NCBI GenBank assembly: GCA_012518185.1
Contig: JAAYTA010000102.1
Location: 3,955 to 67,954, forward strand
Length of the DNA stretch: 64,000 nt
DNA from: Methanobacteriota archaeon
Lineage (GTDB): Archaea; Thermoplasmatota; Thermoplasmata; Methanomassiliicoccales; Methanomassiliicoccaceae
Direction of reading: 5' to 3'
Position numbers and translations under genes: made by a program. Within the stretch, counting starts at the first letter, position 1. Every line of letters starts with the position of its first letter. The notes beneath the pieces are model-generated. The model was given only the letters and a program-made list of their open reading frames with translations, was not told where the DNA came from and searched no databases. This document shows positions 51,298 to 61,343 of this stretch, in pieces.

Positions 51298-51877
51298 ATA
51301 TCCATTGTCTAAGAATAAAGTCCAAGCCCTGCAGTTGGGACAGATAGTAAGTGTAAGTGGCACAGTCTTCATAGGTCGAGATGAAGTTCACATGCGGGCA
51401 TTGGAACGTCGTCACCAGGGAAAGCTTTTGCCTGTAGATCTGGAGGATGGCATACTGTATCACTGCGGCCCAATAATGACCAGAGACTCTAGAGGTTGGA
51501 AAGTGATCGCGGCTGGGCCGACCACATCAGCGCGTATGAATAAATTAGAACCCGACTTCATCAAAGAGTTTGGAATTAGAGCAATAATTGGAAAAGGGGG
51601 CATGTCTAGGCCGACAGTAGAGGCGATGAAGGAACATGGCTGCGTTTATCTAGCATTTACTGGAGGGGCAGCAGTACTCGCAGCTCAGAAGATCACGCGA
51701 GTAAGGGGTGTGGAATGGCTTGATCTAGGTATGCCAGAAGCATTATGGATAATAGAAGCTGATAGTCTAGGGCCCTTGACAGTAGCTATTGATGCTCACG
51801 GCAACTCTCTATACGATAATGTAGAGAAAGAAGTTCAAGGCAACCTTGAAGCTGCTAGGCTACGACTAGGTCTTTGA
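51287..51877 (+). CDS. Fe-S hydro-lyase beta subunit
   Basis: GRDEVH, HCGP, GPTTSARM, IGKGG, LGMPEA. TTG start at 51287 follows GGAGGT. Confidence 0.92.
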   Translation: MILEYPLSKNKVQALQLGQIVSVSGTVFIGRDEVHMRALERRHQGKLLPVDLEDGILYHCGPIMTRDSRGWKVIAAGPTTSARMNKLEPDFIKEFGIRAIIGKGGMSRPTVEAMKEHGCVYLAFTGGAAVLAAQKITRVRGVEWLDLGMPEALWIIEADSLGPLTVAIDAHGNSLYDNVEKEVQGNLEAARLRLGL

Positions 51878-52741
51878 ATCATCTTTGTTTAATAATCCTG
51901 GTTTATTCTTAACTCGATAGCGGATGAACAATGCGAAGACTAATGTCGCCAGCGCTAGGCCAAGGCCAACAATCATGAATGAATGTGGAAGATCATAATC
52001 CTTGATAAATCCCTCACTAATCGGAAGATGAGCTCTCTCCATCACCGTAGTACTTGGTGCGTATCCTGACCCTACTTCAATAGGGAATTCCTTAGTTTCA
52101 TAGCCGCTCTTGGAAAATGATATAATGTACTTCCCAGCAGGCACATCGTGCATCACATATATGCCATCACTAGAAGTAATACTAGGAGCAATATGTGAAA
52201 AGTCATCTGTCTCTGAATTGAGTGATACTGTCACTCCGGCTAATGGTTCCTTACCAGATGATGTCATCACTACTCCGTTAAGTGTAATTCGTTTAGTAAG
52301 TTCCCCGTTCACCTCGTTATCTCCGCTGGTCACGTTTATATCTCTTGATCCTACGCCTTTGCCAGAGTTTACTGATATACTATATTCTCCGACCTCAATG
52401 CCTTCTATCCTGTATCTACCGTCCTCTGCGGTACTATTAGTCATTATAGGACTGTCTCCTTCATTGACTCCAATCTTAATCATTGATATAGTGGCGAATA
52501 CAGGTTCGCCTCTACTCGTCACCTTTCCATATACAGTACCTTCTTCGCTCGAAGGATCACTATTAGCGACCAGTCCGACCTCTTCTGCGACTTCCGACGA
52601 TCCATTATCTTTCAGATCTCCAATCGCATTATCGGGCCCTAAGTTAATCCATGCCGGCAACGATGCTGTAATGACAATGATCAGCACCACCAGGATTGTT
52701 GTGATTAGGGTCGAACTGCGCATATGGTAGTCTGAACGCAA
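51866..52741 (-). CDS. Membrane-anchored surface protein with two carboxypeptidase-regulatory-like (prealbumin-like) domains
   Basis: N- and C-terminal TM helices and two repeats of G.V...DG.Y....V..G.Y.I. Confidence 0.75.
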   Translation of the reverse strand: MRSDYHMRSSTLITTILVVLIIVITASLPAWINLGPDNAIGDLKDNGSSEVAEEVGLVANSDPSSEEGTVYGKVTSRGEPVFATISMIKIGVNEGDSPIMTNSTAEDGRYRIEGIEVGEYSISVNSGKGVGSRDINVTSGDNEVNGELTKRITLNGVVMTSSGKEPLAGVTVSLNSETDDFSHIAPSITSSDGIYVMHDVPAGKYIISFSKSGYETKEFPIEVGSGYAPSTTVMERAHLPISEGFIKDYDLPHSFMIVGLGLALATLVFALFIRYRVKNKPGLLNKDDSKT

Positions 52742-52858
52742 TATATCAATATGAAACTTTCATGAGCACCTATCCCCGGTTTTTCGGACAACCCTCCGAA
52801 AATGACTAATACATCAATGGGAAATCGAACATGATTTCACTATCCAAGGGGAAGTAAA

Positions 52859-55800
52859 ATGAAGATAGTAACTAAACATCATAGCAAGGAGGAAATGATC
52901 AAACTCCTTGATCCAACCATTGCCAAGTGGTTCACCTCCCGATTCCAGGACTTTACTGAACCACAATCATATGCCATTCCTTTAATTCATGATCGTAAGA
53001 ACGTTTTAGTGTCATCTCCCACAGGATCTGGTAAAACACTAACAGCGTTCCTCTCTATCATAAATGAACTGTTCAAGTATTCTCAGGAAGGAAAGCTCGA
53101 GGATCGAGTATATGCCATATATGTTTCTCCACTGAAAGCATTAGCCAACGACATAAATCGAAACCTCAACGAGCCACTGGCAGGCATGCAAGAGGTCGCC
53201 GCTGCAGAAGGTTTAGAATTTCCTGATATACGTGTAGGTGTTCGAACAGGAGACACCTCTCAGGCAGAAAGGCAGAGAATGGTTCGCAAGCCGCCACACA
53301 TACTCATCACCACTCCAGAATCATTGGCACTTGTATTAGCGGCTCCCAAATTCCGAGAAAGTTTTGCACAGGTAGAGTATGTAATCTTGGACGAAATTCA
53401 TGAAGTTTGTGATTCCAAGCGAGGAGTATTTTTATCATTAACTCTAGAGCGACTCCAGGCATTCTGCAACCATCCTATTACTCGTATAGGACTTAGCGCC
53501 ACATTGGCTCCCATTGAGGATGTAGCGCATTATTTGGTAGGATATGAAGAAGGTAAACCGCGTGAAGTTAATGTAGTGGAAATCATGCGCCAGCGAGATC
53601 TCGATATCCGAGTCCTGTGTCCGACAGATGATATGACTTCCCTACCTTTTGAAATTGTCAACTCTAAGATGTATGATCAATTGTATGAAATGATCTTAGA
53701 ACACCGCACCACTATTGTGTTCACAAATACGCGCTCAGGGACAGAGGCCGTAGTGTTTAAGCTTAAGGAGAGAGGATTGGAAGATGTTGAGGCTCATCAT
53801 GGCTCATTAGCCAAGGAGACTCGACTAGATGTGGAAGATCGACTCAAGCGAGGAGCTCTCAAATGCGTGGTCTCTTCCACGTCGTTAGAGTTAGGGATTG
53901 ACATAGGCTCGGTAGATCTAGTTGTGCAGATTGGGTCGCCCAAATCAGTAGCTAAAGGCCTTCAACGTATCGGAAGAGCAGGTCATGCTACTGGCTTGAC
54001 TTCAAAAGGTCGAATGTTAGTATTCGAGAAGGATGATTTGGTCGAATGTGCTGTACTATCCCGGGCAGCACATAAAAAGCGAATTGATCGTGTGTCGATA
54101 GCAGAGAATGCACTAGATGTGCTATCGCAGAGTCTAGTAGGAATGTCACTTGAAAAGAGATGGGATATCCAAGATGCTCTCAATGTCGTTAGATCGTCAT
54201 ATTGTTACCGTAACTTGGATGAAAAAAGCTTCCTAGAAGTGCTCCGATATTTGGGAAGCAAGGATGCATTTGAAGGTGTTTATCCTAAAATCTGGTATGA
54301 TGAAGAAGAGGAGCGCTTTGGCAGGCGAGGAAGCTCCCGCATGATATATTTCCTAAACATCGGTACAATCCCAGAAGAAGCGAATTATAAAGTCTTCACA
54401 GATAAGGGCGGCCTTCTTGGCGATCTATCAGAAAAATTTGTGGAGCGCCTATCTTCCAAAGATGTGTTCGTACTCGGTGGTCGTTCATATGAGTATATTC
54501 GTACTAAAGGGACAAGAGTTTTCGTCTGTGAAGCAGATGGACGAAAGCCTACTGTACCTTCGTGGAGCGGTGAAATGCTACCTCGCTCCTTTGACCTCAG
54601 CATGGACGTAGCAATCTTCCGACGAGAAATGAGAGAACGGCTAGAGAGGGAAGATAGTGAAGACGACATATTATCTTGGCTAGCTACTTTTGGAATAGAT
54701 CAAGGATCATCGCGTTCCATCTTATCGTATTTCAGAGAACAACAAGGCTCCTGTGATTTTATCCCTACTGATCGTGAATTAGCAGTGGAAGGCTACATTG
54801 ATATGTCAGAAAATTTCAACATAGTATTCCACTTCCCCTTTGGTCGCCGTGTGAATGATGCATTATCTCGAGCATATGCATTCGTGCTAACGCAGCAATA
54901 TGGATGCAATCTATCGGTATCTGTCACAGATGATACTTTTATGATAACCTCTCCAAAGCGCATCGAGCTGGATGGCGTAGAAAAAGTTCTTACGAGTAGT
55001 ATGTTGGAACCAGTCTTAATGCGTGCTGTAAAGGACAGTGAATTATTCAAGCAACGATTCCGCCATACTGCTTCACGCTCTTTCATGATACTTCGAAATT
55101 ACCGCGGTCGTGAAGTTTCAGTAGGTAGGCAACAAGTCCGCTCTCAATATCTCCTTGATGCACTTGGAAATATGGAAGGCGTTCCGATCATCGATGAAAC
55201 TTATCGCGAGATTATGGAAGACGTCATGGATATCAAGAATGCCAAAGATATTTTGAAAAACATTGAGGAAGGCTCCACGATTGTACGCCCAATAGATTAT
55301 TCATCCACGCCATCTCCATTCGCTCACAATGCTGTACTAACTGGCATAAGTGATATGGTTTTAATGGAGGATCGTGGTGCATTATTGCGGGAGTTACATC
55401 GAAAAGTACTCAGCAAAGTTATGGGAGCCGATATATCGGAATTTGAATTCACTGAGGATCAAGTAGTGCCATTCTTCCGCCGACGCATAGGGATGGCCGC
55501 TTCTAAGGAAGAACTTTTATCTCTAATTCGGCGCGCTGGTCCACTGCGTATACTCAAGGAGAGGGGGAGATCTGTCTATCCATATACTCTGATCGATCGA
55601 GAGTCAATTGATCAGTGGTGTATTGAATTACTAGAGGAAGAACGGATAGCATCGGTGTATATTGACGACGCCTACTTCGTCTCGGCTGAGGATTTGGATA
55701 CCTACTTGACAGTAATGGCTCGCTCGCGCGATCTTAATGACATTGAAGCTAGTGCATTAACGCTTCTTGAACGTAAACATACAGCTGCTAAATTGGCATC

Positions 55801-58240
55801 TGAATTGAATGTGCCATTAAGTACTGTACATCAGGCATTGAGACGATTAGAGGCTACTGGCTATATAGGACGCGTTGGGTATCATAATGGGAAGTGGGTA
55901 TATCATGCTCGCACATTCCATGAAAAATCTCATGGAGATGCTATGGATGAGGTCCTTACGCGCTATCTAGAATGTTATGCGCCTGCCACTGTAGAGGAAA
56001 CTGCCTTCTCACTAGGTTTAGCGGAGGGCGAAGTAAGACAGGCACTTAATGACCTAGCACAGGAGAAATTAGTGACTAAGGGTCGTTTTCTGGTGTCAGA
56101 ACATGAGCAGTATATGTTAGCTAGGGATCATCTCAGGTTGAGGACAAATGATCTGAAAGCCTATGATCATCGCACCGTCGAATCATATCGCCGGCAAAAG
56201 CAAGATGGACCTTTTGATAACATAGATCAGATGTTCGATGTTATTGGATCGGTGGGGACACCACTGGATGTATTCTATCGAGTCAAGGATTTCAAACTGT
56301 CTGATTGGGAAGATATGAGACGATCAGGTCAGGTATTGTTAGGCCGCTTCATGCGTGGCCGTGTCAGATATGTACGAGATAAGGATGCCCCAGATCTAGT
56401 AGCATTGTATCGAGACGACTCCCTCAGCCCCCTGGATCATAAGGTATTGGAGACTATTAAGTCCAGTGAAGAAGGGATGACGATGCGTCAACTGTCATCA
56501 GATATGAATATTCCTAGAGATCGACTCAAGGATTCTGTAGATCGGCTAGATAGGAACATGCACCTTGTTCGGAGATTTGAAGATGGAGAGGAATGGTCTT
56601 CTGAAAATGTTTACATAGCTTATGACGCAAAAGCTGTTGATAGTCCTATGGAGCGGGTGATAACTCGCCATCTTAGAGCACATTCTCCTGCATCATCATA
56701 CTCGATTTCACAAGCTCTCAGATTACCAGTAAAAGATATAGAGAATATCTTAGAAGGCATGGATGTAGAAACTATCTCTGTTGGCCCATCTAGAGAAGAG
56801 ATGTATCTATTTCGCGATGAACTTTCTCTCCTAGATAAGAGCCGTCCTCTGAACGAAGGTATGCAGATAGTTTCATTAAGTGATCCTGGAGCGCAGAGTA
56901 TGTGGGCATCCATCGCTGCGCGCTATGGGGATAGATGGATCTATCCGATAGTTGCAGATGGCCGCCTCGTTGGAGGCGTAGAAAAATGGAACATGAGCGG
57001 ATGCATTGAAATCCGCGAACTCGATCTAATGGATCCATCTCTACTTTCTCAAGCCCTTGATGCCCTGGATGTATTCATGCAATATCATAACATGATGGGT
57101 TATGAGATAGTACGTCTTAGGGAGATACTTGGCTATCAGCCAGCCGATCTTCCTGAAGAACATGCTGAAGTACTTCGACATCACGGGTACGTCTGCATGG
57201 GGGATATGTATGTCAAGGGCAACATGATTATTGAGCGCCATTCATGGGACGCTGTTTTTTCCTACATGTTGCATAAGCAACGTATAGATGCGTCCAATCA
57301 ATACTCTAACCTATCTGCTGCCATTGCTGCCATGGGGGGACTCCGCTCTGATGCTGAGGCAGCATTACGCTGTAAAATTAGGATACCATTAAAGAAAATG
57401 CTTGAGATGGGCTTTGTAGTTAAAGCTAAACCTATACCTGACTATGTTACATATGTTAATCTAGATTATGCGGCATTATGCCGTAAGGCCAAAGGTCGGA
57501 AGATAACTGTCGAAATGGATACACTTCTGCGCATGATTAGGGAAGAAAGGCCTAGGACCAGGCAACAAATATTTGACAGATCACCGTTAGGACATCGTGC
57601 TACGCAGGAGGCGATGAAGGAACTTAATGATGGCACATTTATCTGTACCGATCGGAATAGACGTATACATCCCGTTCCTGATATCGACCTAACAATATAT
57701 GAAGCACGCAAAGAGGTAATCCGCCATCTTTTCCGAAATATGGGAATATTCACTGCTGAGAATTTGCAGCGATATATGAGATATGGAATGCCTATGAAAG
57801 AACTTCGCTCAATCTTAGCTGAACTAGAGGAAGAAAACTTTCTGGTAAAAGGCTTCCTGTTAGAGGATGACGATTCAGTACACTGGCTGCTTGCTGAGGA
57901 TGTAGGTTGCATGGGCGCAATAGACATCTCTGATCAATTTATCCTAGGCCCTGAAGATAACTTGCATAGTTATCTCCATCCAATGATAAGACAAATGCTG
58001 GGCAGCAGTTATCATAGCTTGATAATGGATGGCTCTCGTATAATTGGCTCCCTACGAGGTAAGGTGAAGGCTAGTGGAGTAAATATGCAAGAAATGCAGG
58101 GTGGGGAAGAGGCTAAGGCAATATTGACAAAGCATCTACGCGCTCTGGGCATAAGCATACATGACTCACCTTCAGAGGAAGAAATGACCGATTGGGAAAT
58201 ACAATCATTCTATGAAAAAACACATCCTGGAGAAGTATGA
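52859..58240 (+). CDS. lhr: Lhr-family SF2 helicase with a long C-terminal winged-helix repeat region
   Basis: SPTGSGKT, TTPES, DEIH, HHGSL, SLELGID, QRIGRAGH, F.FPFGRRVN. About 900 extra C-terminal residues. Confidence 0.92.
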   Translation: MKIVTKHHSKEEMIKLLDPTIAKWFTSRFQDFTEPQSYAIPLIHDRKNVLVSSPTGSGKTLTAFLSIINELFKYSQEGKLEDRVYAIYVSPLKALANDINRNLNEPLAGMQEVAAAEGLEFPDIRVGVRTGDTSQAERQRMVRKPPHILITTPESLALVLAAPKFRESFAQVEYVILDEIHEVCDSKRGVFLSLTLERLQAFCNHPITRIGLSATLAPIEDVAHYLVGYEEGKPREVNVVEIMRQRDLDIRVLCPTDDMTSLPFEIVNSKMYDQLYEMILEHRTTIVFTNTRSGTEAVVFKLKERGLEDVEAHHGSLAKETRLDVEDRLKRGALKCVVSSTSLELGIDIGSVDLVVQIGSPKSVAKGLQRIGRAGHATGLTSKGRMLVFEKDDLVECAVLSRAAHKKRIDRVSIAENALDVLSQSLVGMSLEKRWDIQDALNVVRSSYCYRNLDEKSFLEVLRYLGSKDAFEGVYPKIWYDEEEERFGRRGSSRMIYFLNIGTIPEEANYKVFTDKGGLLGDLSEKFVERLSSKDVFVLGGRSYEYIRTKGTRVFVCEADGRKPTVPSWSGEMLPRSFDLSMDVAIFRREMRERLEREDSEDDILSWLATFGIDQGSSRSILSYFREQQGSCDFIPTDRELAVEGYIDMSENFNIVFHFPFGRRVNDALSRAYAFVLTQQYGCNLSVSVTDDTFMITSPKRIELDGVEKVLTSSMLEPVLMRAVKDSELFKQRFRHTASRSFMILRNYRGREVSVGRQQVRSQYLLDALGNMEGVPIIDETYREIMEDVMDIKNAKDILKNIEEGSTIVRPIDYSSTPSPFAHNAVLTGISDMVLMEDRGALLRELHRKVLSKVMGADISEFEFTEDQVVPFFRRRIGMAASKEELLSLIRRAGPLRILKERGRSVYPYTLIDRESIDQWCIELLEEERIASVYIDDAYFVSAEDLDTYLTVMARSRDLNDIEASALTLLERKHTAAKLASELNVPLSTVHQALRRLEATGYIGRVGYHNGKWVYHARTFHEKSHGDAMDEVLTRYLECYAPATVEETAFSLGLAEGEVRQALNDLAQEKLVTKGRFLVSEHEQYMLARDHLRLRTNDLKAYDHRTVESYRRQKQDGPFDNIDQMFDVIGSVGTPLDVFYRVKDFKLSDWEDMRRSGQVLLGRFMRGRVRYVRDKDAPDLVALYRDDSLSPLDHKVLETIKSSEEGMTMRQLSSDMNIPRDRLKDSVDRLDRNMHLVRRFEDGEEWSSENVYIAYDAKAVDSPMERVITRHLRAHSPASSYSISQALRLPVKDIENILEGMDVETISVGPSREEMYLFRDELSLLDKSRPLNEGMQIVSLSDPGAQSMWASIAARYGDRWIYPIVADGRLVGGVEKWNMSGCIEIRELDLMDPSLLSQALDALDVFMQYHNMMGYEIVRLREILGYQPADLPEEHAEVLRHHGYVCMGDMYVKGNMIIERHSWDAVFSYMLHKQRIDASNQYSNLSAAIAAMGGLRSDAEAALRCKIRIPLKKMLEMGFVVKAKPIPDYVTYVNLDYAALCRKAKGRKITVEMDTLLRMIREERPRTRQQIFDRSPLGHRATQEAMKELNDGTFICTDRNRRIHPVPDIDLTIYEARKEVIRHLFRNMGIFTAENLQRYMRYGMPMKELRSILAELEEENFLVKGFLLEDDDSVHWLLAEDVGCMGAIDISDQFILGPEDNLHSYLHPMIRQMLGSSYHSLIMDGSRIIGSLRGKVKASGVNMQEMQGGEEAKAILTKHLRALGISIHDSPSEEEMTDWEIQSFYEKTHPGEV

Positions 58241-58383
58241 CGTAGATTCCCCACATCAGTAAATAAATGATCCTCAATCCGGTGGGATCTACGCCTTAAT
58301 TTACCATAAGGATAGCATTCCTATCTATTTCCGAGACCTGACTAGTTTGAAACTTCGATATTACTGCATTAAGACATGCAAGT

Positions 58384-59184
58384 CTATCTATTACCGGCGC
58401 GACCCTCTGAAATATAGAGATATTCTTGAGCGTAGCCTGCAAATCGTCCGAAATGTTCACGAGCATATGAGGCCACTTTATCGTATGATCCAGTGATCCC
58501 GTAGATATCTCGCATTGCTCTTGCTATGCGGACATCTACTGGGCATGCCTGTAGATGATTCAATGAAAATAAGGCGACGCAATCTGCTACCTTGTTTCCA
58601 ATACCTTTCACTTTCTTAAGATACTCAATCGCTCCTCTGTAGTCCCTACTTGTCAGTTCACAAATATCAAATTCCCCACTGTATGCCATGCTAGCTAATC
58701 CTAGGAACCAGTCTGCTCTATAGCCCAGCCGGCAACATGCAATATCGACATCTCCTTCTAGAATCTCCTCTGGCGTTGGAAATGAGAAAATTCCATCTTC
58801 AATTTCCCGACCATAGGCACGACAAACAGAATCAACCATCCCCTTTATTCTAGGGACATTAGAATACGTTGCTAGAATGTAAGAGGCAGTACATTCCCAC
58901 ACGTCCTGCCGTATTAACCTAAGTCCTCTGAAATTGTCAATGATCGAATCGATAGACTCATCCTTTGATATTTCTGCATATATTTCTTCCAGATTATCAT
59001 CAAAGCGAAAGTAATGAGCTATTGTGTCTTCTGAGGTACCTCTAATTCTTAGATAATCACCATCTTGCTGCAACTGTATGTACTGATTATCAACTACTCC
59101 ATGCCACCATCTATCCTCTTTCCACCAACGAAATACTTGGCCGCTATCTAGAGTATAATCCAGATTGAACAAAGGTACCTTCAT
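58384..59184 (-). CDS. 8-oxoguanine DNA glycosylase/AP lyase (OGG1-like, HhH-GPD)
   Basis: TLDSGQVFRW, GLRLIRQD.WE, LGYRA, KGIGNKVADC, PVDV, AGYAQEYL. Confidence 0.9.
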   Translation of the reverse strand: MKVPLFNLDYTLDSGQVFRWWKEDRWWHGVVDNQYIQLQQDGDYLRIRGTSEDTIAHYFRFDDNLEEIYAEISKDESIDSIIDNFRGLRLIRQDVWECTASYILATYSNVPRIKGMVDSVCRAYGREIEDGIFSFPTPEEILEGDVDIACCRLGYRADWFLGLASMAYSGEFDICELTSRDYRGAIEYLKKVKGIGNKVADCVALFSLNHLQACPVDVRIARAMRDIYGITGSYDKVASYAREHFGRFAGYAQEYLYISEGRAGNR

Positions 59185-60035
59185 ATTTTCCTAGCCACAA
59201 AAATCATTATAGGACTAGTGGCAGCAAATTCGCTGCCATTATAGTCTCCATATGTTTCTATTACTTCGAATCCGCACCTGCTCAGCAACTCCATCGCTTC
59301 TCGGAAGAATAAATAGCGCAGTGTAAATTCTGTAGTTACTCTACGAACAGGCTTATCTTGCTTTGAAATATCATAGAAGTATGTCACAGTAGTTCTCTGA
59401 TTTCCTTGATCGAATACTTGAGCTTCAAACCAAGAAATTATTTCTCCTTGCGTAGTGACCCTGGTCCCACGGTGTCGAACTAAGTGTTCTGGACGATCTA
59501 AACGAGGAGAAAATGCTGAGAAGCTGAATAGCCCCCCCTCTTCCAAGTGATCCCGTATATTGCGGATAGCCTTTTCTTGATCAGTAGTAGTCAGTAAGTG
59601 AAGAAATGAATTAAAAGGTATGAAAGCCAACCGGTACTTCTTCTCAAGCTTAATTTCTTTAATATCTCCGAGATAGAGTTCAATGCGCTTTTGCACATCT
59701 GTACGTTCGAAGCTAACTTTTGTGGTGCAACGATCTAGCATAGTTGCACTACGATCGATTCCTGTTATCTCAAATCCTGTTCTAGCGAGCGGAACTAGAA
59801 CTCTTCCAGTTCCGCACATGCATCCAAGCACTCTTCCGCCGGTACGACTCGCAAGTCGCTTATAGAATTCTACATCTTCGTTAAAGTCTTCATGCCACAA
59901 GTCATAGTATCTGGCTGATGCTTCATAAGGATCCAGCAGATCCCTCTCAGCGTTTATATCAAATCTATTGGAAGAATTCTCTTCTGTCATCGGCGCTTTC
60001 ATCATTCTCACTCCTATCGATATATGATCATTCAC
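59181..60035 (-). CDS. Class I SAM-dependent methyltransferase
   Basis: YYD..DVEFY, MCGTGR, GIDRS..ML and LEEGG motifs. Confidence 0.88.
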   Translation of the reverse strand: MNDHISIGVRMMKAPMTEENSSNRFDINAERDLLDPYEASARYYDLWHEDFNEDVEFYKRLASRTGGRVLGCMCGTGRVLVPLARTGFEITGIDRSATMLDRCTTKVSFERTDVQKRIELYLGDIKEIKLEKKYRLAFIPFNSFLHLLTTTDQEKAIRNIRDHLEEGGLFSFSAFSPRLDRPEHLVRHRGTRVTTQGEIISWFEAQVFDQGNQRTTVTYFYDISKQDKPVRRVTTEFTLRYLFFREAMELLSRCGFEVIETYGDYNGSEFAATSPIMIFVARKI

Positions 60036-60298
60036 ATTAAATGAACATGGACTTCAATAGATCATCACCTCTCCTACCTTATCATACCTTCATCTAAAGT
60101 CTTACACAAGGATATTTTAGATCTAGCATTTAGCCGAGCGATGCAAATACTTCATGAAATCTTCTTAATTTTTATAAAAAATTAAATTATGATAATATCA
60201 TTTCTAAGGATTCTGTGACTTAATACTGTATTTATTTACGTATGTAAAATGAAGAGTTCATGTTAAAATAAGTCGATTGCTGAACATACTTATCATTA

Positions 60299-61117
60299 TT
60301 GACTGCAATGGAGTTGTTTATGATCCTCGTTGGTCCGGCAGGATATCCTCCTGGAAGTAAAGGGGGCACCAATGCAATTGAACGCACGAAAGAACTTGGT
60401 CTCACAGCTCTAGAGGTGCAATTCGGAAGAGGAATCAATCTTTCCGCTGAGAGAGCTATGGAGATGGGATCTAAGGCAAAAGATCTAGGCATAGCACTCA
60501 GCATTCATGCGCCTTATTATATAAATTTCAATTCCAAGCCTGAGACTGTAGAGAAGAGTCATGATTGGCTCATGCGATCTCTCCGCATCGCAGATATTAT
60601 GGATGCGCGTATAGTGGTAGTACATGCCGCTTCATATATGGGATCAACATCAGAACAGGTTACTAATCGAGTCATCGAAGCGATGCGACGAGTCCGTGAA
60701 CAGATGGAATTAGAAGATTTACACTCGATAATTGGTTTGGAGACAATGGGCAAATTGGCTAGTTGGGGCACTCTTCAAGAAATAGCTTTAGTTATAGATG
60801 AAGTAGATGGCATAGAACCGGTTCCTGATTTTGGCCATATTCATGCGCGGTATGGTGGAAACTTACGCACATCAGATGATTTCCAAGAAGTATTAGACTC
60901 CGTCTTTCAGATACACCAAGGACATCTGCATTGTCATTTTAGTTGTATTGAGTATACTGATAAGGGAGAGAGGAGACACTTATTACTCGAAACAAAAGAA
61001 CCAGATTTTGCACTACTCGCACCCCTCATCAGAACTATTAGTGGAGATTTGACGATAATTTCCGAAACGCCCGCTCCCTCAGAGGATGCCGTACGTATGG
61101 TCTCTATGTTAGTTTGA
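60299..61117 (+). CDS. nfo: Endonuclease IV-like TIM barrel
   Basis: GPAG, SIHAPYYIN, VVH, GLETMGK, DFGHIHAR, HCHFS.IEY..KGERRHL. Confidence 0.85.
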   Translation: MTAMELFMILVGPAGYPPGSKGGTNAIERTKELGLTALEVQFGRGINLSAERAMEMGSKAKDLGIALSIHAPYYINFNSKPETVEKSHDWLMRSLRIADIMDARIVVVHAASYMGSTSEQVTNRVIEAMRRVREQMELEDLHSIIGLETMGKLASWGTLQEIALVIDEVDGIEPVPDFGHIHARYGGNLRTSDDFQEVLDSVFQIHQGHLHCHFSCIEYTDKGERRHLLLETKEPDFALLAPLIRTISGDLTIISETPAPSEDAVRMVSMLV

Positions 61118-61236
61118 TAGTTAGATGTGATTCTAACAACTGCTGACAAATTACTAATGAGATGACGAGAAGTTATCCATTCTCATCAATAGGAAGAAAA
61201 GTATAAGATGAGGGTATCACTTGATGGATTCCCGCT

Positions 61237-61340
61237 GCCACTGTAGCTCAGCGGTAATGTGATCTATTATGGACACATCGCGAAGGAGCGACGGTTTCGT
61301 AAACCGTAGGCCGGGGGTTCAAATCCCTCCAGTGGCTCCA
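61237..61340 (+). tRNA. tRNA-Thr(CGU) with a non-canonical D-loop intron and encoded CCA
   Basis: Acceptor stem GCCACTG/CAGTGGC, D-stem GCTC/GAGC, anticodon arm ACGGT-TTCGTAA-ACCGT, T-arm GGGGG-TTCAAAT-CCCTC. A 27-29 nt insert starts at 61257. Confidence 0.92.
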
Positions 61341-61343
61341 CAT

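Noticed and set aside
241-57060. Impression that CTAG is over-represented
   Set aside because: Hand counts in four 660-bp samples gave 5, 2, 1 and 4 (12 in 2640 bp, about 10 expected from base composition). CTAG is not depleted, but no enrichment is supported without a full count.
60165-60185. AT-only palindrome TTAATTTTT-ATA-AAAAATTAA
   Set aside because: Low-complexity sequence in a divergent promoter region; expected by chance.
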